Shown: piece after piece, positions 1-8,672 of the stretch
How positions within the stretch are numbered: the first letter of the stretch is position 1
Layout of the letters: each line of letters starts with the position of its first letter
Origin: a virus
Taxonomy: Duplodnaviria > Heunggongvirae > Uroviricota > Caudoviricetes
Reading direction: 5' to 3' (one strand)
DNA length: 64,000 nt
IMG/VR virus record: IMGVR_UViG_3300025162_000019
Coordinates: 74,826 to 138,825 of that record
The notes under the pieces: generated by a model
Told to the model about the DNA's origin: nothing
Databases searched by the model: none
What the model saw: the letters and a program-made list of their open reading frames with translations, nothing else
Made by a program: the position numbers and the translations under genes

Positions 1-8
1 AAAGGTAT

Positions 9-434
9 TTGAGTGAATGGGATAAAGAAGAAAAGTCAATCAGGGATTCTATATCTCCTTTAGTTCCCAACCTTGGTAAAATGGTTATTAAAGAGATTGT
101 TGCAGAAGCCGCATATTGGAGAAAAGCAAACGCAATTCATTCTTGGTTTGTTGAAAATGTTCAGGATGGAAAAGATGAGTGCGTTGAACATTATGTAGGC
201 CGAGAACAATTAAAGGAACTGATTGAAACTTGTAAGATGGTTTTGGCAGACCGTGACAATCCAATATCCAGTAAAGCAGAAAAACTATTACCTACACAAT
301 CTGGTTTTTTCTTTGGCGATACTGAATATGATGAATACTATTTTCAAGATTTGCAGGACACGATTGACCAGTTGGAACCTCTTTTAACAGAAGAATATAA
401 GAACTGGGAGTTTTATTATCGTTCAAGTTGGTAA
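9..434 (+). CDS. hypothetical protein (TTG start in track; reading frame is open to window start, may be 5' partial)
   Basis: 141 aa ORF; frame open upstream to position 1; no recognisable motif. Confidence 0.4.
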   Translation: MSEWDKEEKSIRDSISPLVPNLGKMVIKEIVAEAAYWRKANAIHSWFVENVQDGKDECVEHYVGREQLKELIETCKMVLADRDNPISSKAEKLLPTQSGFFFGDTEYDEYYFQDLQDTIDQLEPLLTEEYKNWEFYYRSSW

Positions 435-527
435 AAAGGGTGGTTCATATCAAGAGTACTCCTAAACTCCAACGATAACAGCCATTATATTAGTTAGTTC
501 CCCCCTTTAACTATATAGACACCCTGT

Positions 528-570
528 AATCCTGACCAATAGGAAGGTCTTTCTACAGGGTGTTTCCTTT
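528..570 (+). terminator. possible hairpin terminator after first ORF
   Basis: inverted repeat ACACCCTGTA ... TACAGGGTGT (10 bp stem) followed by TTCCTTT. Confidence 0.3.
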
Positions 571-599
571 GCGTTAAAAAATACTTTTAAGGATAGATT

Positions 600-1193
600 A
601 TGGCTATGAAAGAAACTGGAAAAGCTGAATATAGAAGAAGAAATGAAGGATTTTATGAAAAGTATTGCAATGGTAAAGGTATTGATATAGGGTGTTTTGA
701 TGAACCACTATTACCCGATTGCGATCTTTGGGACTTACAAATTAATCCATTTCAAGATGCAAAATATATGGATGGTATTGAAGATGAGACATATGATTTT
801 GTTTACTCAAGCCATTGCCTAGAGGATATTGACGACCCTTCCGTAGCATTAAAAAATTGGTATCGGATACTTAAAAGGGGTGGGTATCTTATACTTTTTC
901 TTCCGCATAGAGATTTGTTTGAGCACGTCCATATCCTACCTTCGCCATGTAATTCAGATCATAAACATTATTTTCTTATAGACAAGGATGAACAACCAGA
1001 TACATTAGGCATTATCCCACTTATCTCTAATACATTAACTGACTATGATTTATTATATGTTAAAAAGTGTGAAGACGGCCACAAACATACTTATATAGAA
1101 CGAGATAATGGTTTGTTCAGTATCATTTCTGAGGGTGAATATTCTATTGAACTTGTACTAAAGAAGGGTAATGACGCAATATATTATAATTAA
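600..1193 (+). CDS. class I SAM-dependent methyltransferase
   Basis: motif I GIDIGCF, post-I YDFVYSSHCLEDI, LKRGGYLIL; RBS AAGGA upstream. Confidence 0.6.
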   Translation: MAMKETGKAEYRRRNEGFYEKYCNGKGIDIGCFDEPLLPDCDLWDLQINPFQDAKYMDGIEDETYDFVYSSHCLEDIDDPSVALKNWYRILKRGGYLILFLPHRDLFEHVHILPSPCNSDHKHYFLIDKDEQPDTLGIIPLISNTLTDYDLLYVKKCEDGHKHTYIERDNGLFSIISEGEYSIELVLKKGNDAIYYN

Positions 1194-1201
1194 GTTTTTC
1201 C

Positions 1202-1230
1202 TTGACACAAAACAAACTTTGTGGTAGTAT
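1202..1230 (+). promoter_or_regulatory. sigma-70-type promoter
   Basis: TTGACA-N17-TAGTAT with TG at -14; nearly identical copies at 2753 and 4733. Confidence 0.6.
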
Positions 1231-1261
1231 AAGAGAAAAACCGCAAAGAAAGGTATATACC

Positions 1262-1867
1262 ATGTCTGAAACGACAAAGAAAAAAGGTGGTGTTCAACTT
1301 AATGGGTCTGCATCTACTGATTTATCCAGAGAATTAGACGATAATGCATTCGAGGCATATATAAGAATATGTTTTAAATATGATGGTGAGAATGGTATTT
1401 TAGCAGAAAAAAACTTATCAAAGAAAATTATGACAGAAAATGGTTTAACAAAGCAAATGTCATCCGATGGTGGTATGGTGTGGAAAGATGATATTTTAAG
1501 AATAGTTCTTGAATCTAAGACACAAGGAACAAAAGGTAATGCACATGAAAGGTGGTGTGATAATCATACTATCGCATGTAGATTAAATAACGATGTTATG
1601 TATATTACACTTTGTAGTGGTGAAGGTTATAAAAAGGGTAATGGAAGTTATAGATTTGCACTACGACAAATGGAAAGTGAAGCTAGAATAGAAAAAGGAA
1701 TTAAACTTATTAAGATGAATGAAACTGGGCAATCTTATCGTCATAAAGAATTTAATATTCTTTATGATAAGGGGCAATCTTGGTTTTATAAAGATTATTA
1801 TACTGTTGAAGATATTTATGACATTATGGAACAAGCAATACAAAAATTAATTAATGAGGAGAAATAA
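1262..1867 (+). CDS. hypothetical protein immediately upstream of Dam-like MTase (candidate cognate nuclease or regulator)
   Basis: ATG at 1262 downstream of promoter 1202-1230 and RBS AAAGG; stop abuts start of MTase gene. Confidence 0.4.
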   Translation: MSETTKKKGGVQLNGSASTDLSRELDDNAFEAYIRICFKYDGENGILAEKNLSKKIMTENGLTKQMSSDGGMVWKDDILRIVLESKTQGTKGNAHERWCDNHTIACRLNNDVMYITLCSGEGYKKGNGSYRFALRQMESEARIEKGIKLIKMNETGQSYRHKEFNILYDKGQSWFYKDYYTVEDIYDIMEQAIQKLINEEK

Positions 1868-2746
1868 ATGAAACCACTCTATATGTGGGCTGGTGGTAAG
1901 AATAGAATGATTCCAAAATATAAGGTTCAGCCGGGTATCCCTTTATACGGATATGATACCTATGTTGAACCTTTTTTTGGTGGTGGCGCAGTAGCCATCT
2001 ATGTCTACGAAAATAACCCGACTATTAAAAGATTTGTGATCAATGATATAAGTACTGAACTGATGGGAATATACCATGCTATAAAGAATGATGTAAACAA
2101 CTTCTTAGAATTTATGTATGTTATGGAAAACAAGTATATGCCCCTTGATAAACCTGATAGAAAAAAATTCTATTATAAACTCCGAAGTGAGTATATGAAG
2201 GACTATCAAAAATGGTCTAAAACAGAGGAATCAGCGGCACTTTATTTTTTAATGAAAACTGGATTTAATGGTATTTGGCAAACTATGAAAGAAAGTGATG
2301 GTAGATTTGCCACACCCTCTGGCCTACTGAATCAGAAATCAGTAGTTTTTGATTCAAATAATGTTCTGGAATGGTATAAATTTCTACAAAAAGTTGATAT
2401 ATATAGTGAAGATTGGTTAGAATGTGCATCAGGAGTTGGGGGTAAATCTTTCTTCTTTTGTGACCCACCTTACAGAAACTCCTTTACCTCTTATGGCCAG
2501 ACCTTTACAGATGATGACCAAAAAAGATGTATTGAATTTTGTAAGGAACAGGACAAAAAAGGTAATCTTGTAATGTACTGTAACAGGGACTTTGACGATG
2601 ATTTTTATACCAAAAACAAAGGTGATTTAGATATATCCTATTATGATGTGACATATACTGCTGGACGGAGAAAGCAAGAAAAAATGGCAAACGGTGACAC
2701 AAACTATACTGCCAAACCAGCCAGAGAGATACTTCTATATAATTAA
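1868..2746 (+). CDS. dam: DNA N6-adenine methyltransferase, Dam-like (alpha class)
   Basis: FFGGGAV SAM-binding motif, catalytic DPPY motif, WAGGK N-terminal motif; RBS GAGGAG. Confidence 0.75.
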   Translation: MKPLYMWAGGKNRMIPKYKVQPGIPLYGYDTYVEPFFGGGAVAIYVYENNPTIKRFVINDISTELMGIYHAIKNDVNNFLEFMYVMENKYMPLDKPDRKKFYYKLRSEYMKDYQKWSKTEESAALYFLMKTGFNGIWQTMKESDGRFATPSGLLNQKSVVFDSNNVLEWYKFLQKVDIYSEDWLECASGVGGKSFFFCDPPYRNSFTSYGQTFTDDDQKRCIEFCKEQDKKGNLVMYCNRDFDDDFYTKNKGDLDISYYDVTYTAGRRKQEKMANGDTNYTAKPAREILLYN

Positions 2747-2752
2747 TTTCCC

Positions 2753-2781
2753 TTGACACAAAACAAACTTTGTGGTAGTAT
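2753..2781 (+). promoter_or_regulatory. sigma-70-type promoter
   Basis: TTGACA-N17-TAGTAT, identical to promoter at 1202. Confidence 0.6.
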
Positions 2782-2806
2782 AAGAGAAAAAACAGGAGAA
2801 CAAACA

Positions 2807-2926
2807 ATGACTTTACTTATTGCTTTATTGATTATGAATCACATGGGTATTACTGGTATTGGGTCTTATATGTCTGTTGTATTTCTTTGGATAATTCATA
2901 TTATATTTCATACAACTAAGAAATAG
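2807..2926 (+). CDS. small hydrophobic peptide (39 aa)
   Basis: ATG 7 nt after RBS ACAGGAG; sequence MTLLIALLIMNHMGITGIG... single TM. Confidence 0.25.
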   Translation: MTLLIALLIMNHMGITGIGSYMSVVFLWIIHIIFHTTKK

Positions 2927-2933
2927 GTGATGT

Positions 2934-3050
2934 ATGGAAACAAAAATCTTACTGGAAATGATTATGTTTTCTGCCATTATAGCTGGTATAGGGTTTGGAT
3001 GCTTTGTTACTTACTGGTTAATCAAAACCTTCTTTGGTAGTGATGAATAA
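2934..3050 (+). CDS. small hydrophobic peptide (38 aa)
   Basis: METKILLEMIMFSAIIAGIGFGCFVTYWLIKTFFGSDE; RBS-like AGGTGA upstream. Confidence 0.25.
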   Translation: METKILLEMIMFSAIIAGIGFGCFVTYWLIKTFFGSDE

Positions 3051-3083
3051 CTAACCCCTTGAAATCATTCACAATCTTTTTAC

Positions 3084-3112
3084 TTGACGTAAACTGAACT
3101 TTATGTTATAAT
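3084..3112 (+). promoter_or_regulatory. sigma-70-type promoter
   Basis: TTGACG-N17-TATAAT. Confidence 0.55.
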
Positions 3113-3139
3113 GTTTTTTAGAGAGTGAGGAAAAACGAT

Positions 3140-3931
3140 ATGACTTTAGTGAAAAGAGAAAACCTATATAAGTATCTGGTAATGATTGTTCATCCTGACC
3201 GTAATCCTAATGACCCCTTGGCCACTAAGAAAACACAGGACGTAAACTTCAATAAGAGTAACCCTGATGTACTGATTGCTTTGGCAAAGGCTTGGAATCT
3301 ACCTATTGCTATTGATGGAAATTCACCCTATACCAGTACACCTGACCCGCGGACTGCCTCAACCAGAAACCCCTTTGAAGGTCGGTCTAATACCGGACGT
3401 TCCAACTTTGATAATTTTCGGGATATGTTTAATCAGACCGCACAAAATGGTTCAAACAATACTTTCAGACCTTCTATCATGGACATTATCTATATCCGTT
3501 CTATGGGTGATGCCTATGTTTTAACGGTAGACCCTATCACGACAGGAAAATATGCTGGCGGCATTAAATATAGTATCTATTCTTCTTTGAAGAATCAGTT
3601 CTATTCCTACAAGACTACCAGAGGAACCATTGCTGGTGTAGATAGACGTATTGGAACCTTTGACAGAACCGAATTGAAAAGACTTTCCGATATGTACCTT
3701 GAAAAGTTCGGTTCAAGAGTAAATAAGAATGATGTTCAGCCCTCTGACATTCGGAGTCAATTTGCCAAGGTTGGTTTGTTTCAGAATTTGATGTATAGAC
3801 GGACTAAGAGTGTTAGAATTGTGGGTTGGTCTGGCGTATGGGAAGTAGAAAAAACTACCGAGAAGTGTGTATATATCAACTATTATGGAACCCCTACCAG
3901 AAAGTCTATTGACAAGGTTCGGGCAATATAG
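3140..3931 (+). CDS. J-domain (DnaJ N-terminal-like) protein with long C-terminal extension
   Basis: N-terminus LYKYLVMIVHPDRNPND carries the HPD tripeptide in J-domain context; ATG 3140 preferred over GTG 3125. Confidence 0.5.
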   Translation: MTLVKRENLYKYLVMIVHPDRNPNDPLATKKTQDVNFNKSNPDVLIALAKAWNLPIAIDGNSPYTSTPDPRTASTRNPFEGRSNTGRSNFDNFRDMFNQTAQNGSNNTFRPSIMDIIYIRSMGDAYVLTVDPITTGKYAGGIKYSIYSSLKNQFYSYKTTRGTIAGVDRRIGTFDRTELKRLSDMYLEKFGSRVNKNDVQPSDIRSQFAKVGLFQNLMYRRTKSVRIVGWSGVWEVEKTTEKCVYINYYGTPTRKSIDKVRAI

Positions 3932-3949
3932 TAAATAAAGGGTCTGATG

Positions 3950-3982
3950 GAAAGATAGTCTACCAGACCCTTTAACAGTTTT
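3950..3982 (+). terminator. rho-independent terminator
   Basis: GGGTCTG ... CAGACCC stem followed by TTTAACAGTTTT. Confidence 0.5.
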
Positions 3983-3983
3983 A

Positions 3984-4014
3984 CCGATAACCGACCCTAA
4001 CCTATTGGAATTAC
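3984..4014 (+). repeat. conserved intergenic element CCGATAACCG-N-TAAC-CTATTGGAATTAC
   Basis: one of 7 or more related copies (also 3046-3080, 4963-4995, 5992-6027, 6674-6710, 9657-9690, 10695-10727). Confidence 0.5.
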
Positions 4015-4026
4015 AGGAGTAAATAA

Positions 4027-4140
4027 ATGGATAGTCTATTATGGCGTTTTATAATGGTGGGAACAATACTGTCATTCCTGTATACTGCTTATGTTCTATA
4101 CAACGGTTCTGGCCTAGTGTTCTATAACCCCTTGTTTTAA
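4027..4140 (+). CDS. small membrane peptide (37 aa)
   Basis: RBS CAGGAG 8 nt upstream; MDSLLWRFIMVGTILSFLYTAYVLY... Confidence 0.25.
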   Translation: MDSLLWRFIMVGTILSFLYTAYVLYNGSGLVFYNPLF

Positions 4141-4156
4141 CTCAGAAACTTTTTAC

Positions 4157-4185
4157 TTGACATTTTTCCCTTTCTGGTATACAAT
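4157..4185 (+). promoter_or_regulatory. sigma-70-type promoter
   Basis: TTGACA-N17-TACAAT. Confidence 0.5.
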
Positions 4186-4214
4186 AAATCAAAAACATAA
4201 AGGAGATAACAAAT

Positions 4215-4553
4215 ATGGGTGCTGCAAGCTTCACTAATGAATGGGTAGGTAAAGGTACTCCCCAAGAGGCTTTCCGTGAACTTTGGGAACAGGCTGTTGT
4301 AGAGTATGGCCGTGACCCCTATAATGGAACCATTTCTACGACCTCTCTAGTAAAGGTTCTGGAACTCCCGCCCAGAAAGAACCTTGACAAGTTCATAGAC
4401 GACCTTTGGGCAACAAACAAAATCGGTAAGTGGGAAACCATTTGTATAGAGGTCAAGGGAACTATTCTGAAAAACCTTCTTCTACACAAATATGGTGTAC
4501 AGAGTAGAAAAGGGTATAGAGGGTACATATTTGTTGGTCTGGCAGCTTCTTAA
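4215..4553 (+). CDS. hypothetical protein
   Basis: 112 aa ORF with RBS AAAGGAG. Confidence 0.45.
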   Translation: MGAASFTNEWVGKGTPQEAFRELWEQAVVEYGRDPYNGTISTTSLVKVLELPPRKNLDKFIDDLWATNKIGKWETICIEVKGTILKNLLLHKYGVQSRKGYRGYIFVGLAAS

Positions 4554-4573
4554 TAGAAAGGAGAAGATGAACA

Positions 4574-4729
4574 ATGAAGTTGAGGGGGCAGTTGATTAAG
4601 ACGGAAACTTATATCAATACATATACAGACACTATAACAGACACTTACAGCTCTGGTGATAAGGTACTGTATGAATACAACAAACACGGAAACCTAGTGA
4701 ACAAAGAAGTCAGACCCCGCTACAAATAA
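4574..4729 (+). CDS. small hypothetical protein (51 aa)
   Basis: RBS AAGGAG upstream; Thr/Tyr-rich. Confidence 0.3.
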   Translation: MKLRGQLIKTETYINTYTDTITDTYSSGDKVLYEYNKHGNLVNKEVRPRYK

Positions 4730-4732
4730 GTC

Positions 4733-4761
4733 TTGACAGAAATCTTCTTCTATGGTAGTAT
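4733..4761 (+). promoter_or_regulatory. sigma-70-type promoter
   Basis: TTGACA-N17-TAGTAT. Confidence 0.6.
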
Positions 4762-4787
4762 AAGAGAAAAAACAGGAGAACACGATA

Positions 4788-4955
4788 ATGTGTATATTTC
4801 ATAAGTGGGGAAAGTGGTCAGAGGTCAAAGAAGAAGTATGGGAAAGACGGAAATCTTTAGGTGGTATTGAAACGGACAGATATACCTATGTACGCCGTTG
4901 CCAGGAACGGTATTGTGAGAAGTGTGGTAAACACTCCCAGAGATACCTTGACTAA
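4788..4955 (+). CDS. small Cys-rich protein (55 aa)
   Basis: RBS ACAGGAG; CQERYCEKCGK zinc-ribbon-like. Confidence 0.3.
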   Translation: MCIFHKWGKWSEVKEEVWERRKSLGGIETDRYTYVRRCQERYCEKCGKHSQRYLD

Positions 4956-5016
4956 TAGAAGGGATAACCGACCCTAACTCATTGAAATCATTACCAAAAA
5001 TAATCCAAAATATGTC

Positions 5017-5045
5017 TTGACAAAATTGACTTTAGATGATACAAT
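5017..5045 (+). promoter_or_regulatory. sigma-70-type promoter
   Basis: TTGACA-N17-TACAAT. Confidence 0.55.
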
Positions 5046-5078
5046 AAATTAAAAACAACGAAAAAGGAGATAAAAATC

Positions 5079-5903
5079 ATGACCTCAGCAAATCCGTTTT
5101 TTGACATTCGTAAAGAGTTCGTTCTTACTGAGTCTGGTATCCCTATTGATAACAAGGTAGCCCTGATCAATACCGAGAACAACAAGCCGGTGGGTCTGGT
5201 GTCTAAGGGTTATAAGGTTACGACCAACAGGGAAGTGGCAGACATCTTTGAAGTAGCATTGGCAGAGGCTTTCGGTAGTGTTGAAACCCACAAGGTTGTT
5301 GACCACCTTGACGCCACAGGTAAGAAATGGAAACGCCAAATCATTCTGGGCGGGGATCAGTTTAACTTTGATGTTACGAAACGCGGTGACATCGTGGGTA
5401 TCATGTTGACCGAGTTCAACGGGTATGATGGTAAAACCGCTGTAGGGTACGACATTAGTGGTTATCGTTACGCCTGTACAAATGGTCTGGTGACGGGTAT
5501 CAAGAAGTTGTTCGCTGAGTCTTTCGCCCATGTATCTGATAATGTTACCATGTTAGTTGAGTCCTTCAATAGTAAGTTCGACCTGTTCAATCAGTCTATC
5601 GATGTATGGTCTAAATGGTCTGAACTACCCTATACTCAGAACGACTTTACGGAGTTTTTGAAAAGTCGTGAGTATCTGTCCGAGAAGGCACGGACTGCCA
5701 TTGTTGATCAGTATGTTCCGATTATGAACAAGTACAAAGAGTCCGATGAAACCAAGTGGCACGCTTTTAATGTACTGACAGAGATTGGTACTCACAACAC
5801 AAAAGCCCGGAACGGTTCCAATGTATTCTCCAATGGGTTTAAAACGATGGAAAAAGTGGCCTATGACTTCTATGTTGAGAACCAGTTGTTGATCGCAGCC
5901 TAA
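5079..5903 (+). CDS. hypothetical protein, possibly DUF932-like phage/plasmid protein
   Basis: 274 aa; RBS AAAGGAG; family assignment from memory only. Confidence 0.35.
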   Translation: MTSANPFFDIRKEFVLTESGIPIDNKVALINTENNKPVGLVSKGYKVTTNREVADIFEVALAEAFGSVETHKVVDHLDATGKKWKRQIILGGDQFNFDVTKRGDIVGIMLTEFNGYDGKTAVGYDISGYRYACTNGLVTGIKKLFAESFAHVSDNVTMLVESFNSKFDLFNQSIDVWSKWSELPYTQNDFTEFLKSREYLSEKARTAIVDQYVPIMNKYKESDETKWHAFNVLTEIGTHNTKARNGSNVFSNGFKTMEKVAYDFYVENQLLIAA

Positions 5904-5911
5904 ACCCCTGT

Positions 5912-5968
5912 CCCTGTAGTATTCATTAGACCCCTTTATTGGTGGGTAGTCTAATGAATACTACAGGG
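5912..5968 (+). terminator. long perfect hairpin (20-bp stem), terminator or RNase III-type processing site
   Basis: CCCTGTAGTATTCATTAGAC ... GTCTAATGAATACTACAGGG exact inverted repeat directly after stop of 5079-5903. Confidence 0.45.
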
Positions 5969-6037
5969 ACTTCCCTTATTCAGACCATTCTCCGATAACC
6001 GGTGCTAACCCATTGTTATCATTACATTTCTTTTTGC

Positions 6038-6066
6038 TTGACACAAACATAAATATATGGTAGAAT
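6038..6066 (+). promoter_or_regulatory. sigma-70-type promoter
   Basis: TTGACA-N17-TAGAAT with TG. Confidence 0.55.
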
Positions 6067-6095
6067 GTACTTGAAAGTGAGGGTGAATAAACGCA

Positions 6096-6266
6096 ATGAA
6101 AAATGAAATGACGATTGATGTAATAAACGCCGCATACCGGATTAGAAGGATGATCGTTCAGGGAATGACAAGAAACGATGCTTTCCATGAAGTTGCAAAT
6201 AAAATGGATTTGACAGTCAAAGAAATGGATCAAGTTGACTATTTATTGGATGAGGATTCAAAATGA
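6096..6266 (+). CDS. small hypothetical protein (56 aa)
   Basis: leader GAGGGTGAATAAAC-N-ATG shared with the ORF at 8535. Confidence 0.3.
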   Translation: MKNEMTIDVINAAYRIRRMIVQGMTRNDAFHEVANKMDLTVKEMDQVDYLLDEDSK

Positions 6267-6407
6267 AAATCATGACCATTGTAATAAAAAAAGAGGATTT
6301 ACCGAAGATGAGAATACCCCTACCCACTAAGACGGGCGGGTTCCATACCACTAAAAAGGGTAAGAAGGGTTATAACAGAACCACCTTTAAGAAGGGAGAA
6401 TAAGACA

Positions 6408-6602
6408 ATGAGAGAACCTAACTTCGGTTGGTCATATCCGCCCGGTTGTTCTGGGCCACCGGAAGATGTAGAAGATTATCCTTTGATTGATAACCTTTAT
6501 GAAATCCTTATAGATGAGCACCTTAGCGATCCTGTTATTGATAAGGTTCTTGATCTGGTACGTAAGACCCTTGACGAGTATGAACAGAAACGCTGGAAGT
6601 AG
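6408..6602 (+). CDS. hypothetical protein
   Basis: 64 aa ORF, RBS AAGGGAG. Confidence 0.35.
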   Translation: MREPNFGWSYPPGCSGPPEDVEDYPLIDNLYEILIDEHLSDPVIDKVLDLVRKTLDEYEQKRWK

Positions 6603-6673
6603 GATATGAAGTCCCTGCCAGATGAATCTATATTTAATGAAGAAGCAGCTGACGCACGATGGAATGACATATA

Positions 6674-6710
6674 CCGATAACCGATCATAACCCCTTGAAA
6701 TCATTCACAA
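6674..6710 (+). repeat. conserved intergenic element CCGATAACCG...CCCTTGAAATCATTCAC (best copy)
   Basis: sits between terminator and -35 of promoter 6720. Confidence 0.5.
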
Positions 6711-6719
6711 TCTTTTTAC

Positions 6720-6748
6720 TTGACATAAATCTTTTTTTGTGGTAGTAT
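6720..6748 (+). promoter_or_regulatory. sigma-70-type promoter
   Basis: TTGACA-N17-TAGTAT with TG. Confidence 0.6.
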
Positions 6749-6781
6749 GTTTCATAAACAATAAGAAAGGGCATAAAAATC

Positions 6782-7252
6782 ATGGAATATACGTTACTGA
6801 TGGTTAAAGAAAAGCTGGGTACGGATGTTAAGTGGATTCGCAGAGCCCTTGTAGTCATTACCGAGAAGAACCAGACCACTGCTGAACAGGTTTCGGAAAG
6901 CACTATTTCTGCTAATGGTATTGGTTGGAACGGTGCGGACGCTAAGATTCTTACTTCTTTCGCCAGATCAGTAAAGAAGGGTTGGACGCTAAGCCCGAAA
7001 CAGCTGGCAGTAGCTCAAAGACGCCTTCCGAAGTACGCTAAACAAGTTCTTGCCCTGATTAACGAAAAGGGTGTACCAGAAAAGCCGGTAGTTTTGGATG
7101 AAGTGTTTCAAATAAAGGAAACTATTGACATTTCAAGCCTAAGTGGTGCTAATAATCCGTGGAGGGGTTGTAATGAAAAGCCAGTTGTTAATCTTCACCC
7201 TATTATGACACCTATTATGGATATTAAACCTTTTATTAATGTGAGGAACTAA
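6782..7252 (+). CDS. hypothetical protein
   Basis: 156 aa ORF downstream of promoter 6720. Confidence 0.45.
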   Translation: MEYTLLMVKEKLGTDVKWIRRALVVITEKNQTTAEQVSESTISANGIGWNGADAKILTSFARSVKKGWTLSPKQLAVAQRRLPKYAKQVLALINEKGVPEKPVVLDEVFQIKETIDISSLSGANNPWRGCNEKPVVNLHPIMTPIMDIKPFINVRN

Positions 7253-7255
7253 AAA

Positions 7256-7453
7256 ATGAAAGATAATAAACAAATTGTAGAATATTTATATGCATCTATT
7301 GAACGATGTGATAAATACCTGTCTATGTATAAAGATACTAAAGGCATAGACAGAAATATAAGTGATATTTATAATTTTTGGTTAGGTAATAAAATCGCTT
7401 GTGTGAATACTCTATATTATATGGGTATTGATCTATTAAAGGATATAGGTTAA
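7256..7453 (+). CDS. hypothetical protein
   Basis: 65 aa, tightly packed after previous gene. Confidence 0.35.
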   Translation: MKDNKQIVEYLYASIERCDKYLSMYKDTKGIDRNISDIYNFWLGNKIACVNTLYYMGIDLLKDIG

Positions 7454-7456
7454 GAA

Positions 7457-7666
7457 ATGAAACTGACGCCAGAAATAAAAGACCGCATTGATTCTATGAC
7501 CCATTATGACCTTCTATACCGATGGAGAAATGCACCCATAGGGCAACCGTTATTTGAAGGTGAGTCTGGTGAATATTGGGGTAAGAGGATGAAAGAAAAA
7601 CGCCAAGAAAATCCGGCGCAAGCAGTACAAGATTCAAAAGATATAGGATGGGAGGGGGTAAAATAA
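7457..7666 (+). CDS. hypothetical protein
   Basis: 69 aa. Confidence 0.35.
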   Translation: MKLTPEIKDRIDSMTHYDLLYRWRNAPIGQPLFEGESGEYWGKRMKEKRQENPAQAVQDSKDIGWEGVK

Positions 7667-7667
7667 A

Positions 7668-7898
7668 ATGTTAAAAGAAAAATTTGAAATTAAGACACTA
7701 TGTTGCACAGTTTGTGGTGCAGACTTAGAATATAAATACTTTGATGACATTAAAGAGCTAGTTATAGAACCATGTTCATATTGTATTGAAAAGGCAGAAG
7801 AAGTGGGCTCTAAAACTTCCTATGATGAAGGACATGATTCTGGTTACGAATCTGGTTACGAATCTGGTTACGAATCTGGTTATTCAGAAGATTGTTAA
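7668..7898 (+). CDS. zinc-ribbon protein with SGYE tandem repeats (N-terminal part of an interrupted gene?)
   Basis: CxxC...CxxC then (SGYE)x4; ends at in-frame TAA. Confidence 0.4.
   Translation: MLKEKFEIKTLCCTVCGADLEYKYFDDIKELVIEPCSYCIEKAEEVGSKTSYDEGHDSGYESGYESGYESGYSEDC
7839..7886 (+). repeat. 12-bp tandem repeat TCTGGTTACGAA x4
   Basis: direct reading. Confidence 0.8.
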
Positions 7899-8475
7899 GA
7901 TCATGGTTATGATCGTGGGTATGTAGAAGGAATAGAAGAAGCATTAAAAGAAAAATTTAAAAATGGTATGAAACAAGGCCGGGAAGATGGATATGCAGAA
8001 GGATATGAAGAAGGAACGAGAATGATCTGGACAGATTTACTTACAGACTCCACTTTTCTTGATAAAAAAGTATAGGTAATATAGTTCTTTAGTCTGATAG
8101 GCATGATCCTACGAAATCATTACTATAAAAAATTGCCCAAAAATTTTTTAAAGTCGAGATTTTAAAAGAGAGAAAAGTTATGGAAAGAAAAACAGATAAA
8201 ATAGAAATGATACAAGTGATAGATATGATATAGACCTTACAGATGAAGAAAGAAGGTCTATATTTGTAGAATTAGAAGTGCAAGGAAATGATTCATATCA
8301 ACGAATAAATTTTAACTACACTATAGAAGAAGAAGAAGAAGATTCACCTATAATAAAGACTTTATACAAGAAACTTGAAGAACTAGGTGTAGACATGAGA
8401 GTATGTACTGTTAAAGACATGGTGGTAAAGTAACCTACTCTGTGTAACCCTTTGTTTTTATTAACAATTTTTACT

Positions 8476-8504
8476 CTTGACATACTCCATAAAATGTAGT
8501 ATAG
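8476..8504 (+). promoter_or_regulatory. sigma-70-type promoter
   Basis: TTGACA-N17-TATAGT with TG. Confidence 0.5.
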
Positions 8505-8534
8505 TGTTGTTGAAAGGTGAGGGTGAATAAACAA

Positions 8535-8672
8535 TGTTGAAAATTTTGAATAGAATACTGTTATATACATATGTACGGATATGTGTAGGTAAGGGTCTTA
8601 TGAGAATGATTATGAGAATGACCCATCCTACAAAGGTTGTTGTAGAGCATGGTTGGGTAAGAATACGGTAAT
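8535..8672 (+). CDS. small hypothetical protein (45 aa)
   Basis: same GAGGGTGAATAAAC leader as 6096. Confidence 0.25.

Larger units (their letters stand above)
7668..8076 (+). pseudogene. GYE-repeat gene interrupted by in-frame TAA (pseudogene, readthrough or sequencing error)
   Basis: frame continues after TAA 7896-7898 as DHGYDRGYVEGIEE...DGYAEGYEEG...DKKV*, continuing the G-Y-acidic repeat theme. Confidence 0.35.

Noticed and set aside
3276-3524. 82-aa plus-strand alternative-frame ORF inside the J-domain gene
   Set aside because: It is fully nested in the longer, motif-supported ORF 3140-3931.
5085-5531. 148-aa minus-strand ORF
   Set aside because: It lies entirely antisense within the well-supported plus-strand gene 5079-5903 and has no start context.
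7907-8104. 65-aa minus-strand ORF
   Set aside because: It is antisense to the in-frame continuation of the GYE-repeat gene, and its repeat-driven composition (SSYPSAYPSS) mirrors the plus-strand repeats.
8316-8570. 84-aa minus-strand ORF
   Set aside because: It overlaps the plus-strand promoter 8476-8504 and the leader of a small plus-strand ORF. No RBS is present.
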